This document shows positions 1 through 14,572 of a stretch of 64,000 nucleotides of DNA, piece after piece. Numbering within the stretch: position 1 is the stretch's first letter; each line of letters begins with the position of its first letter. The position numbers were made by a program, and so were the translations under genes. Origin of the DNA: Octopus vulgaris (lineage: Eukaryota); the NCBI GenBank assembly GCA_951406725.2, contig OX597819.1, positions 73,718,001 through 73,782,000 of the forward strand, read 5' to 3'. The notes beneath the pieces were generated by a model. The model was not told the DNA's origin. It searched no databases and saw only the letters and a list, made by a program, of their open reading frames with translations.

Positions 1-3000
1 GCCTGCATGTTTTTCTTTGTTCTTCAGAAAACTGTTGCCAAATCTCATTCGCATGTCAGCCTGTCTGTGGTTGGTATATTTCAGAACAATACTCATTTTC
101 TTATTCTCTGTCAATTCTCCACCATGAACCTTTTGTCGTGTTGATGTCTTGGCTTACAATTCCATATTTAGATTTCTTCCTCTTAGTTTTGGTATTTTGT
201 TTCTTCACTGCACCAATTTGTCTTCCTAGGTCCTTCCAGGTTGTTTTTTTTTGTTTTTGTTTTTAGATGACTGAAATTTTCATAATTATTCCCAAACATG
301 ATGTTATTATTGTAGGTGTGATTCAGTTTGACTATAGTTACAACTGTCAGTCCTCTTTGCACTTACAGGTACACATATGCATGAACAAACCTACTGACTT
401 AATCCTTTAGTCACTTTGTGATCCTCCTCCCCCCTTACCTATCTTGATTGTATTCTTTTGTAAAGTTGTGATATATATATATATAATAAGTGAAGAAGTG
501 TTTGGTATTATATTTTTCCTCTTGGTTACGATTAAATGACCACACTAGCTACTATGTCATATAAATTTCATAATGCACATGACTAAATCACTGTTATCAT
601 CTATGTCTAGACATGATGTTTGATTAGTCACCTGCACATTGATGAAACAATTGTAAACCATGGAATAAATGTAACACTACATACTCCATTCTTCATTTTA
701 TATATATGATAGTTTGCCTTGAAGTAGTGACAGTCTGTACACGTGTGTGAAGATTCAATGTTGTTCTTACTGATATTGTCAATAGTTTGTCTTATAAATG
801 GAGACTGTAGTAGCTTTGTTGACATAAATTATAATATGCTCTTGTGTTCACTGACAATCAATGAGGGGAACTCTATGCAATTATTTGCTTTAGAAATAGC
901 AACTAATCTCCCTCTTGAAAAAAGATGACCACATTCAATAAAGTGGTCATGGGTACTTGAATAAAAGGATAGGGTGGTCATTGTTGGAACACTTTTGATC
1001 ATAGAATTGCTTATTCAAGGCTGACCTATAGCAATCACACTGGAATTAATCCAGCCCTAAATAAATACTCTTTTAATCCTTTTGTTACCATTTTTCTGTT
1101 GAAATACACTTCCTGTAATTTCAATTAATTTTGAAGAATTTAGTAAAATAATTTTGTTGTTATTAAAGCTGGTGTTTGGGACATAAATTTTGATGGAATG
1201 CTTTTAGATAATTTTAAAACTAGAAATTGTAGATCCAGGGCAGATCTTGGGTTCGGTTGGTATCCATAGGGTTGAAAGTGTTATAAACTTGAAATGCAGA
1301 GGTTACTGGTTCAAATCTACAGGTTGAACCTGGAAAGAACCTTTATTCTACATTATTTCAGTCTGGTAATGTTCGATAGAGTCCAGTAGTTGTTGCAGTG
1401 TGTTTTTACCCACATGTAGCGGCTGTCATGCCCATTCTAATGATAACTCCACATGTACAGTCATTCACTGTTAGATGAACTATCTTTCTTTGTGTAAATC
1501 AATAAGAGAATCACGACCTGCTAAAATTAGCAGCCAAATCTCCCTGAAATGGTACCTTATCATTAATGTAGTCCAGATGTAGAGAAGAAAAAAATAAAAA
1601 CAGAATGATCGTAACTGGATTGATCAAGCAAACTTATGATTGAAAGCAAAGTTGACCTGGGGTTAAACAACAATATAATCTTGCTCAGTTTTAAGGGGTT
1701 CACGCTGCAGATAAAGTTGAAAATATTTAGCTTAAACTATTCAACATGATAAGATGTGTGTGTGTGTGTGTAAGATATTAAACTACCAATCTGGGGATCA
1801 TGAACTGAGATCAAAAGACATTCTATTGTGTTTGGTTTTATTATTGCCCATACAGGCGCACAAAGAGAGGGACAACACAATATGAACGGGGTCATATACA
1901 ATCGTATGGGTTTAAAAATTTACAATGACAGATGATTAACGAATGGAACACAAAAAACATTTACATATACAAAAATAACATAATGAGGCATTACAAACAG
2001 GTAAGTTCCAACCCCACAAGCCCTGTCTTTAATACCGACACCTTGGTAATCTCTGTGATGTGTTCACGCAGGGCCTTTCACTTCCAACATACGTGTCACA
2101 CACATCCATCATTTATTGGCTTCGACAGGCACCTCCTTTCCAACCCCACCTTCCTTTTAAGGTGAAAGGTAAAAACATTCACCAAGCTGTCTGTCACAAT
2201 CCCAGAACACAGATTTCATTCACCAGGCTGAATAATAACAATGTTATCACAATCGACTGGTATGATATGAAGAGAGTTTTGTTTGTCATCTGTTTGATAT
2301 TATTGAACTCCTTGTGACTTGATCACTTAAACTCCTTGTAACATTAGAAATGTATTTTTCCTAAAATATTTATTTTGAAAAAAAAAAAAAAGCACTATAT
2401 TTGGTAAAGTATGTATATAAGTCAAATTAAGCTTCTCTTTTCCTGCCTTTTGAAAGTTCATATCACTTCATTGGTATTAGGGTTGTGTCTGCTGTTAAGA
2501 CACAGTCCATCCTCTTTTTAAAGAAGTACCACAAAAAGGTACCATTATCATCATCATTGTTGTTCAACTGTAACATTCAGACTTGTACAAACCTTCCTCT
2601 GCCCATTGCAGCTTTCATTATCAATTGTGTTCCTGAGGTCAAAAGCTTAACCCAAGCCTTCATCAGATTTTGAACCCCTTGTGGGTATTTGAACTCTGAA
2701 TACTAAGAGTTGAAATTGATCCCACAAGGTGTTCTCACCTGAGACATTAACAATTCCTCCAAACAATTGTGCAGGAGTGGTCCCTTATTTATCGTTGCTG
2801 AATTTGAACTAAAAGCTCAAAGTATTAGAATAAATACCACAAGGTATTTTGCCTGTTACTCTTACAGCAATATCCTCCATGCTAGCATGGGTTGGACGGT
2901 TCGACCGGGGTTCTGGGAAGCCAGAAGGCTGCACCAGGCTCCAGTCTAATCGATTTGTGTAATTTGGATCCATTATGTCATGGTACCTGGAAAAGGGATC

Positions 3001-4079
3001 ACTTAACCATTTTACTGTTAAAACTTTTACCATATTTATTTGAGTATAATACGCACCCCTCCACCTCATTTTAAACCTATAAATGTAAAGTACACTTATT
3101 TATACCTGAACTATATGTTACTTACTTGACTGGTGAATGAAAGTATTTAAACAGAAGTGTTTAACATTTTTCCATTATGGTTTTATAGCCTTCTTTACAG
3201 CAAGTACAGTTTTACAGTCTAAATCTAAAAAGTTACTTTTCAATTTTTGTTTTGGAAATGCATGAACTTTTCCAATGTGTTTTAGATAGCAATTATAATA
3301 AATTTGACTAAACATTTTTTCTGTACATCATATCAATAAGGAAAGTCTGTGCGTATTATACATGAGATTTTATTTTTTGTTTGAAATTTCATGACCCTCA
3401 ATTTGTGCAGCATATTATATATAAGGACATATTATTATATACAAATTGTATACAAGGATTATATTATATACAAATGAATATAGTATGTATTCCAATATAT
3501 CAGGCATATCTCCTTGTAATAGCAGTGGATAAAAGAAGTGTCTTGAATTTTCAATATTTATATGTTAATTTGCATGTGGAATTATGTATCTTTTTTCTAT
3601 TACTTATATATAAAGGTGTGTGTGTGTGTGTGTACATGTATGTATGTGTGTGTGTATTAATGTATTTCTTATTTATTAATGTCATTCATATTTCTTTATT
3701 GATTTTTTTTGTTTTATTTTCCAATTTGTAACGAGTGCCATGGTGCAAGAAATAAGCTCCAAGAGAGCAATGTCAAAGACCTGGTTTCAATCAAAAATTG
3801 AAACCACTTCACACCAACATATATTAACATATATCAACATATATTACCATATATGCTTTAAATGACATGAATACCACAAAATCTCACTTTCTTGTTATAA
3901 AGCAGATCTTATATTAATCTAAAATTTTAATAATTTTATTCATTTATTTAATATCTTTTTTCTTCCTAATTAGATATAAAAAATTTTAATATTGTTCATT
4001 ATTAATGAAATAATCTTTATATATTAATAATTATATTATCTTTATATTTTCTTTTTATTTATTTATTACTATCAACCAG

Positions 4080-4100
4080 ACCTTACCTGGATACTACAAG
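4080..4100 (+). CDS. Candidate 21-nt frame-preserving microexon (TLPGYYK) of + strand gene
   Basis: T-rich tract, CAG acceptor, AAG|GTATCA donor; open in phase 0. Confidence 0.45.
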
Positions 4101-5806
4101 GTATCATCATTTTTTTTTTTTTTTTCTGTTCTTCATCCCTGCACAAGAGAAATGAGTACTAGAAAATAATATATTATTAGCACCTGAAGAAGGTTGAAGA
4201 ATTTACCTAGCTGAATTGTAGTGTAGATAGACTCATCAATACAACAATTAGGTCAATGAATCCATTTGGTTAGTGTATAACATCTCTTGTAGTAATAAAG
4301 CTGTTGGTAGTTTAGCTATCCCAGGTGTTCATCTCTCTCTCTCCTTCCCCCTCTCTTTCTCATGCATAGACACTCACTCACATCCACACAATATCACTTT
4401 TGTTTCATGACACACCTCTCCATCTTTCCTTCATTCCTTTCATTGTATCTATCTATCTCTCCATCTTTCTCTCTCTTATTTTCCTCTCACTCTCTGTCTC
4501 ACTCTACCTCTTGTTTTTACCACACACACAATATGTATCCCCTTGTCCTGTCACTCTATCTCTCGTTCTAATTAACTAATTAATTAACTGAAACACACCA
4601 TGTTCCAAGATAATATCATCTCATGATCTTTTTCCTTTTTTTTCTTGAATTTCCTCGTTTTAAATCATAACATAAATTTTGTTAAACTATTCTGTCCAAG
4701 TTTAAGTGTTGGCATGGAAAATAGTAAACATTTGTGTATTTATATATATATATATATTTGTATTGCACTATCAAAAAAAAGAGAGAAAAAAAACTTGCAT
4801 GTCAAAGTGTGTAATGTCATCCTTAGATCTGTCCATATGTTAGATGTTTTGGTTACTCTTAAGCAATTTTGTCGGTTATTTCTGTATAGGAGCCAAGTTG
4901 ACTAAAGCTACACAAGTATGACAACACTCCTATGTAAATCCATAGATTACTTAATAAACTACCTCATATATATATTCAATCAATGTTCTCAAATAAAGTC
5001 CTTTATATAGCACAGATTAAATTAGATATATGTCTGAAATTGCTGTTGTAGTTACAGTTTCCTAAACCTCATACAATTAATTACTCCAACACATTTTGAT
5101 ATCTTCACACTTTTGTCAGACATCACAGCTTTATTATTTAACACATCCGTTGTGTATAAATGGTTGTGGGGTTAAAAAGTTTGCTCTGTGATCACATGGT
5201 TTGACAAGAACTGGCAAGCCAGGGAGCGGCATGAGACTCCAATTTTTTTGGCAGGGTTGCCATTGCTGGATGTCCTTCCTAATGCCAACCACTTTACAAA
5301 GTGTACTGGGTGCTTTTTACGTGGCACCAGCTTGAGGTTTTTATTTAACACAGTACCAGCATGGGTACTTTTACCATGGCACCAGCACCAATTAATTTTT
5401 ACAAAGTGCCATGGATGTTAAATTATGATTATGATATATACACAGAAATCCAAGACCACATCCTAAACAGAAGCTAGTAATGATTCTCACATCAGTGACA
5501 GGCTCTAAAACCTCTCTGTTTCATTACTCCTGCCTCTTCAGATATTAGAGACATAACTAAATACTTCAAAGCATTTTGTCTGCTGCTCCAGTCTGTTGAT
5601 AAAGAAACTACTTTTCCTGTATTCATGTAGAATCTTCAACATAAAATAGAAGTGCGCGCATGCACACACACACACACACACACGACAACAATAAGTAGGG
5701 AGCTATAGTCAGCTGTTCCAATTCTCCCTTTTTGAATAGAACCATGTTTGAAAAATGTTTGGGACACCTCTCAAAATGTCGTCTCTGTTGTCTTTTGTTT
5801 TTCCAG

Positions 5807-5854
5807 AAAAGACAGTCTCTGTCTTGTGTAGAAGTTTTCCTCTCTGCTGAGAAG
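5807..5854 (+). CDS. Candidate 48-nt exon (KRQSLSCVEVFLSAEK) of + strand gene
   Basis: tcttttgtttttccag acceptor, AAG|GTAGGA donor; open in phase 0. Confidence 0.5.
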
Positions 5855-6268
5855 GTAGGATTGAGCAATGCACTTGCCGTCTCCTGCCCACATATACACA
5901 TGTAATAAATAGCAAAGAATCCCTTGCATTACTTATTTCCACTAGAAATTCATGTGACCCTTCATATTGATCTATAAAGAATGGATGTGGACATCAGAGG
6001 GGTTGGTAAATTCTTTGATGTCTGTCCACACTACAAATACATATTCAAAGTTAGCAAATACTACTTGATAATGGTAGAATAAATAGTGTGAGCATTGATG
6101 GCACTGAGTTCAAGCTTTGTGTGTATGTGTGTGTGTGCACATGCACTATCTCTAAGATTCACAATTTCACATCATCCACTTTCTTCTGTTGCCATGTATT
6201 GAAGATAATTGGCAAAGATGTTTATGTTAGAAAATTGTTTGCAATAAAGGGTTCTCATCAAAAAGGTG

Positions 6269-6338
<70 letters not shown>

Positions 6339-6589
6339 TATATTCTTTTTCTTTTCTTTTTTTCCGACCAGTCCATCAATGCGTTCGCATTGTTTTAGCC
6401 TTCGAATGACGCCACCCTGCTAGCTAAGCAAGCAGGCCAACAGAAGAAAGAGTGGGAGAAAGAGTGGTGAAAGAGTACAACAGGGATCACCACCCCCTGC
6501 CGGAGTCCTCAATAAACACTCACAACGCTGCCTGCGTCCTATGACCGCGAGTCGCTGCCAACCACTGGGCCATTGCGCCTCCACTTATA

Positions 6590-6668
<79 letters not shown>

Positions 6669-7065
6669 GTATATATAATTCAGTTAGAGGTTATGCTAGC
6701 ATCATGAAGGGATGGTATATAATTGAAACAGCTGTAAGGGATAGTGATCGATTTGTTGCTGATAAACTTTTATTAACTTCAAAATCTCCAGTTTTTTATT
6801 TTTTCCATTATATATATATATATATATATATTTCTTTACTGCCCACAAGGGGCTAAACATAGAGGGGACAAACAAGGACAGACAAAGGGATTAAGTTGTT
6901 TACATTAAACCCCAGTGCGTAACTGGTACTTAATTTATCGACCCCGAAAGGATGAAAGGCAAAGCCGACCTCAGCGGAATTTGAACTTAGAACGTAACGG
7001 CAGACGAAATACTGCTAAGCATTTCACCCAGCGCGCTAACACTTCTGCCAGCTTGCCACCTTTAA

Positions 7066-7098
<33 letters not shown>

Positions 7099-7519
7099 TG
7101 GTCCAATAGTAGAACTTCTGTCATGTTTATAGAAATCATGGGTTCAATTCCCACTGGAAACTTTTGACTTTTTTTATCCAAAGGGATTTTTAACCCAATA
7201 TTTGCATGCTATTATTTATAGCCTTATCTACTTCAAGTTCCCCTTTTAAAAATTATATATGCTAATAAAGAAAACAATAAAACTTAGAATTAATTGATAA
7301 CTGTATACAAATGCTAATGTTTTTCAATCAATCAAAATATGAAAAAAAAATGGGTAAAGACTTCATCTATCAGGGGGTAAGAAGCTTGCTTCCCAATCAC
7401 ATGGATCTAGGTTTAGTCCCACTGCATGGCACCTTGGACAAGTGTCATTTGCTATAGCCTTGGGCTGATTAAAGCCTTGAGTGGATTTAGTAGATGGAAA
7501 CTGAAAGAAGCCCATTGTA

Positions 7520-7572
<53 letters not shown>

Positions 7573-8211
7573 CTTTGTGTTTGTGTTTGTCCCCACAACT
7601 GCTCGACAACCTGTGTTGGTGTGTTTACAACTTTGTGACTTAGCAGTTCAGCATAAGACACTGATAGAATATGTACTGGGCTTTGCAAAGACATAATTAG
7701 TGGGGTCGATTCATTCGTCTAAAAATTCTTAAAAAACATTGCCCCAGCATGGCCACAGTTTAATGACTGAAACAAGCAAAAGATACAATGTTGATTCTTT
7801 AAAGGAAGATGATTTGCCAAGAAAATTTTAATTACAGCAATTTGTTTTTTCTTAATTATGTGCAGTAAACTGTTCTAATTTTTATTCATCCTCAATAAAT
7901 ATGATTATACATCACATGGGGAGGTTGCCATTATTACTACATGTAGAGATAGATGCCATTAATACATGTAGAGACATGTTTAAATTTGTTACATTTTCAT
8001 CTCGGCCACATGAGAGCACATTCTTCCCCCCCCCCCCCGTATTATTTACAAGAACTGTTTATTTCAGAATATTGACCATTTTCTCTTCCAGACTTCAAGA
8101 ATTACTCTGTGTTATTTGTAGACTCTTTTCTTCAGAACCACTCTGCTCTTAATTCTTCACAGCAAATTGATATTTTCTGTTAATTCATGTTGTTTTGTAT
8201 ATTATTGAGTA

Positions 8212-8357
8212 ATTCATCATCATTATTATTATTATTACTATTATTATTATTTTATTATTATTATTTTATTATTATTATTATTACTGTTATTATTATTTTC
8301 ATTATTACTACTACTACCATTATTATCATCATCGCAATCTTTGTTGTTGTTGTTGTT
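8212..8357. repeat. Compound trinucleotide microsatellite (CAT/ATT/ACT/GTT)
   Basis: Read directly; many (TA)n, (TG)n and (ATT)n arrays elsewhere, e.g. 6268-6335, 6590-6677, 13125-13204. Confidence 0.9.
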
Positions 8358-8942
8358 TCTACAAACATTTCACTTCTCTAGACTTGTTGAAGTATTGCTT
8401 ATAATTAATTATTAAGAAAACTTACTAACGATTCTCTTTCTTCTCATTAGTGTCATTCACCCCGTCTGTTTCCCACACATGCACGCACGCTCACATGCAC
8501 ACAAGAGTGAGTAACAGTAGCTCCTTAACAGCAAGAAACCTGTTCTGCTTTGGTGCCTCCTTATACTCGAACCCCCGGCTCCTCTTCGCATAAAGGCACA
8601 GACTCTTGCAGTCAGTTGTCTTCCAAGCTGCATGGTGACCTTTCTGGTGCTGGTGGAAGAAAAGAAAGCACCCTCTACCCACTGTAAAAGTGGTTGGCAC
8701 TAGGAAAGGCCAGGCCAAAATAAATGTTGGAGGATGCTGTAGCCATTGGGTCTGTTGGATCCTGCCAAACCATCCAACCCATGTCAGCATGGAACATGGA
8801 CATTGAATGATAAGGATGATGACGATGATGATTGTGTGTGTGTTTATATACGTAAAAAGTTGGGTTCCACACTCCACACCAGTGCAACACTGATGTGGGG
8901 AAGGGCAAGTTTGCATGATGTTTCCACAACTGTAATATATGT

Positions 8943-9280
8943 GCAGGTGTGGCTGCGTGGTAAGAAGTTTGCTTAGTTCTGGGTTCAATCCCTCTGCGTG
9001 GCACCTTGGGCAAGTGTCTTCTATTATAGCCTTGGGCTGACCAAAGCCTTATCAGTGGATTTGGTATACAGAAACTGAATGTTTGTGCTTGTAGATGCAT
9101 CATCGTTTGACAACCAATGTTGGTATGTTTATATCCTTGAAACTTAGCAGTTCAGCAAAAGTAACCGATAAAATAAGTGCTAGGCTTACAAAGAATAAGT
9201 CCTGGGGTCAATTTTGGCAACTAAAGGTGATGCTCCAGCATGGCCACAGTCACATGACTGAAAAAAGTAAAAGAATAAAA
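8943..9280 (+). mobile_element. tRNA-derived SINE family A (representative copy)
   Basis: A box TGGCTGCGTGG, B box GGTTCAATCC, core GGCACCTTGGGCAAGTGTCTT; copies at ~7370-7785, ~15920-16090(-), ~36990-37260, ~55540-55900(-), ~57985-58142(-). Confidence 0.85.
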
Positions 9281-11179
9281 GAACATGTTTATTATAGCAT
9301 TTTTGTCCTACGAAGCATTGAATGCTATCCCTGTTTCCTGTTTAAATTCTTTTTATATATATATATCACAGTATTGACTAGACCATCAGATGATGTTAAA
9401 CACCACTGGTCACAATGTGCTTCCAATTCTGTCTTGATTGTGCCATTCTTTTCCATCTTGGCCCAAATTGCTTTACTAAATTCTCACCATCATGGAGACC
9501 TTCCAAATGTTCTTTTTCCATCTCTTGGATACCACTCAGCAACTGCACAGGTCCACCTGTTGTCTGTGAACCTTGCAATGTATCCATTGGTTTTTAATAT
9601 TCTGCGATCACATCGTCCACTCCATTCTTGAATTATCTCACTTTGAATATTATTGCTTTCCTCAGTCCTTTACATGTGTGTGTGTGTGTGTGTGTGTGAA
9701 GCCAAGTGAAATCATAGCTGTGGTCCTTGTCGGTGTCATGTGACTGACACCTATAGCGGTGGCATGTAAAAAGCACCTTTCAAGAGTTGGGTGTCACAGA
9801 GGCAATTTAGCCAATGCCAGTGTTGCATAACTAACACCTATCCAGTGGCATGTAAAAAGCCCCTCTCAAGCATTGGGCCTCATGGCGGCATCTGACTTCA
9901 TGGAGACAATGACAAATGACTGAGACTTTTGGCAATATGCCATACTTGAATAGAAAACCCATCAAGACAAGTGAAATTGTAGTCATAGTAGATACTGGTG
10001 TTACACAACTGGGACCCATGCCGGTGGCACATAAAAGCACCCATTACACTCTCGGAGTGGCTGGCATGAGGAAGGGCATCCAGCTGTAGAAACCATGCCA
10101 AATCAGACTAGTGTCTGATGCAGCCCCTAAGCTTACCAGCCCTGGTCAAACTGTTCAACACATGCCAGCATGGACAATAGGCATTAAATGATGATGATAA
10201 TATTTATGATTGATTGATTAAAACATTAGTATTAAACCCTGACTGTGTTTAACCACCATACATCAACTCATGTCTTTATTGCCTTCTCATTTCTTTTCTA
10301 CTCAACATTTCATATAAATAAATTGGATTGATGGGTAAAAATCTACTAAATACCAGGTATTTCTACCGGGTGTTCACAAACAATGTGTTGTATATGTCTA
10401 CTTCTGTTTCACACTAGAAGCCACTGGTTAATAAATGTAAAAGACAGTCTGTTTTATGTTGTATATGTATAATGTTTTAAGTTTGTGACGTGTTGTTTGC
10501 TATTGTGAAGAAGCTTCTGTAATATCTTTAAAACTGAATTCTATTTTAGGTTACTGATTCCACCATCAAATAACAGGAACCACTAATTCCAACTAAATAT
10601 TTCTCTTTACTAGACATAACTTTGTGTGTGTCTATATCTTGTTTTAATTCTCTTTTTGAAGATTGAATATGGCACTCTCTTGTATAGTTTATACACTCTA
10701 AGTTCTTCTTCTGCTGTTGTTTCTGTTATCTCTCCTAGTTTCAGAACCAAGCACAGACTTCTTTTTTACTGCTTATAGAATCAAATCAATTTTTCTTCTT
10801 AACAGATCATAAATGTTTAATTTTCTTTTTCGCACTCTCAGTCAATGAAAGTAAATCTAATCCATAATCATTCTGCCTCTTTATGTTACATCTATATTCT
10901 GTCAAACACGGCCATTTTTGCAACCAAGTTTGTTAAAGCAGACCAAAACAAGAAAAAAGAATTCTCATTGAGAATGAGATATGCCATAGCCTCAGTGAAA
11001 ACTGTTAATTCTATCCATCTATCTAAGTATATATACTAACATATATGTATAGATAATCTTGAAAAGATATATATATACATATATATGTATGTATATATAT
11101 TTATATAGATAGATAGATATAGATTTATATATATATATATATTACACACTAACTTCTCTAATTTACTAACACACTGTAG

Positions 11180-11311
11180 GAATCTGAGTTGCCAACTTTG
11201 CCTGATAAACAGCGCTCTTTGAAACTGCCAGTGCCGTTACCACCACAGCTCCCTAAAAGGAGTCGACCACATTCATTTGTTGCTACTGGATCCTCACTAA
11301 TCCAGTTTAAG
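11180..11311 (+). CDS. Internal exon of a proline-rich-tailed signalling protein (ESELPTLPDKQRSLKLPVPLPPQLPKRSRPHSFVATGSSLIQFK)
   Basis: TACTAAC branch point 11164-11170, TAG acceptor, AAG|GTGTGT donor; 132 nt, phase 0-0; PxLPxK/R motifs. Confidence 0.8.
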
Positions 11312-14199
11312 GTGTGTCAATATTGTAGTCAATCGAATCCTTTTTTTCGTGATTGCTTTCTTCCTAAATGGCGTCTCCTCTCACTCTTCTGCTTTTGCTT
11401 TTTCTCAAAAGAAAATGACTTTTTATTTTCTTTCTCTTCTTACCCTACAATGTTTTTCTTTACGTTTCCCCACCTCTGTTTCCATCCTCGGTTCTTCAAT
11501 GATTGTTTTCCTGTTTTTTTCTTTTACCCTTGAATTTCTTTATTGATTTTATTTATTTCTTTTGTTCTTCTTTCAGCTCTTTTCAATTCTTTCATTTCAC
11601 TGAACCATTTTTACCCCTTACTAATTTAATTTAATGTTTCATTTATTTATACTATATTTATGCATGTGTGTGTATATATATATATATATATGTAATACAC
11701 ATACATACATGTATCTTCTCTTAAAACCATATCTATTTCTCAGTTTTATTTCTTATATTTGTCCTTGCTCATCTCTATGAATGTTCTAATCCTCCTCTTC
11801 CCCCACCACTTTGATTTCTACATTTATTTCCATTCTATAACATTTTCTCACTAACAAAATTTTCTCAAATTCTTCTGAATTATCATATTTCACTATTTAA
11901 AGTAATTTGCTCAAAAAAAAAAATCATAAATACAAAACTAGGCACTCGTTATAAAAGTATATTTAAAAAAATGCATAATTTTAATTTTATTTTTAATTAT
12001 TACTTACTGAGATATATATATATATATGGGACATGCTGATGGGATAGGCAAAGTAGGCCACATCTACCAAAACTGTAGATGCTATTAATTCTTAATTATA
12101 AACAGTAAATGATTTCCAATCCATTATAAAAATATTAATTAATGTATGATATTCAGTGAGAGGAGTCATTTGTTTATGTAAGACTGGCACAGTTTTTTTC
12201 TGCTTTTCAACTTTGTGTGTGTGTGTGTGTATGTGTGCGTGTGTGTTTATCTTTGGGCTCTACGAAGGCTTCAAGTAGTGTTTCAAAAATAAGTGAAATA
12301 AAAGATCCTTTCTTTGAAAAACTTGTCAGGATTAGTGACAGGAATGGCATCAATAACATATTCCTCTAATCTACACTTGCATAGAACAGATGGAATTAGT
12401 TGAGTCCAGTTTTGTAGGACCGAATGCCTTTCCTATCACCATCCCTCTCATCTTCCAAGCAAGGTAACAATTTCCCATAGCTGGACATATTTTCACAAAG
12501 GGATGGAAATGAATGACATTGCTTGTATGACGGTGACTCTCATTTACAACTATTGCATAATGCTAAGACAAGGAGGCACAAACACATGCACATACACACA
12601 TGATGATGATGGTATCACCCAGGCTATCAGATGTTGTTACGCACCACTTGTCACAATGTGCTTCCAATTCTTTCTGGGTTGAGTCAAGATGGAAGGGAAG
12701 AATGGAGATCGAATTAAATCATCTTCCCATCATGCTGAAGGCCTTTTCTCATCTCTTGGATACCACTCAGCAACTGCACAAGTCTACCTGCTGTCCATGA
12801 ACTTTGTTTATATATGCGATGGACTTGATCAGTTTCTTTCTACTAAATCCACTCACAAAACTTTGGTCAACTCACGGCTACCATGGAAGACACTTGCCCA
12901 ACTCAATGGAACTAACCTCAAACAACACATTTTTGCAATTGTCTATTCTAAAACCTATCTTCTTTCATAATATATTGTGTGTGTGAGGATGCAAGTAGAC
13001 ATTTTATGCTCTTGAAATATTTTTAGATATTTTCTTATAATGATAAGGCTTTTTTGTTGATAATTAACTTTATGAATGCCTACTGCCTACCCTGAGAATT
13101 CACTCACAGCTTGTGTCATATATATGTTGTTGTTATTATTATTATTATTATTATCATTATTATTATCATCATTATTATTATCATCATTATTATTATTATT
13201 ATTAACATGAATTTTTTAATCACTTCAATATATTCTGTATGTCAGTAATTTTTTAAAAAAATAGAAAACAATGAGAATAAAGAATTTTTTTAAATTGGCA
13301 AATGTTTATATTTCTCTTATTTTAAACTGTCTAACTTGGTGCTCCATTCCTAATTCTTAAATTACCTTTTTAAAACGCAGTCTTTAAGGAAATGGTTTGG
13401 TTGCTCTGCATGTCTGGCCTCTCATGTTGTCTGGTGAAGCTCTGTGCCAATGTCTACTCTATTGTCTCTCTCTTATATTTCTTTAATATTATGATCATAA
13501 GAAGTCCTGTTATCATTGATTACTTATGGATTCCTGCCAAATGAGTGTATATGGAACCATATACACCCATATATGTATACACACGTACATTCAGCTATAT
13601 GTTTGATACAGCTGAAAATGCATGTGTCTCATACATAAAAAAAATATTGTCATATAAATGTGTGTGTGTATATATGTATATATCAATGTGTAACATTGTA
13701 TGTAATGTACGGAACCATCCTTAAAATTACTTTCATCCGTAATTGTTAATTAATAAGTAATCTTTCGCAGTATAATTATTGGTTTTGTTGTTGTTGATGT
13801 TGTCGATGGTGGTAGAGTAGAGTTTTTTATTATTATTATTATTACTTAAATATCTATGGTTTTTTAATTTCAGTTTTCTGATAACATAACGTATTTTCAT
13901 GTTTTTTTTTCATGCACCTGGTTTATATAAAATTCTGTCTTTGTGGAAGGTGTGTGGTTGAGTACAGGTATAGGGGCGAAGGAGGCTCTATGACAGAAAC
14001 TCATTCCCTATAGCTAATTAACGTGTGGGATGATAATGATAGATTTTATTGTGAAGGTGATGATTGGAGCTGTGATGTTGATGACTAAGGCGGTGATACT
14101 AATATCACTGTAATGTATATGCATGGCATACACACACACACACATACATGTATGTATTATTCTTTATGTTATTGAATTTGTATTATCTCATCTGTTTAA

Positions 14200-14288
14200 A
14201 AGTTTACCTGAAGATGGTCGATTATATGCTATGATGCAATCTATGAACACATCAATAAAATTATAGTGAAACAGCTGTCGGAAATTTA
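14200..14288 (+). ncRNA. Degenerate type I hammerhead motif
   Basis: CTGAAGA 14208-14214 ... GAAA-CAGCTG-TC with palindromic stem III and GUC triplet; stem I AAGTTTAC/GGAAATTT with one mismatch; stem II weak. Confidence 0.55.
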
Positions 14289-14572
14289 AAACCCTATTTG
14301 TGTTCTTTTTATATCTATGCCACACCGGGAACCAATCCTGAGTTGGATCTATCGTTTAAATTGGATTTGGTACTTTCATATTGACACATCCGTGGGGTAT
14401 CCTACCTACACATACTTCATGGTTGTTTTACCTCACCATGTGCTCTACATTAGGGTAGGCAGCCATTTCTGACATCCTATGTATTGATGCATCTGGAGGC
14501 TAATGAATCCTAGAATATATATATATGTGTGTGTATATGCATGTATAAAGTCCAAGAATTGAGGTTATAGTA

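Noticed and set aside
9095-9631. 178-aa ORF and most other ORF-track entries (e.g. 8491-8988, 15332-15775, 38255-38740, 59738-60235)
   Set aside because: They run through SINEs, microsatellites or antisense LINE sequence with no domain signal
10550-10573. Acceptor-like TTTTAG followed by VTDSTIK*
   Set aside because: Short pyrimidine tract, immediate stop and no donor; not distinguishable from chance
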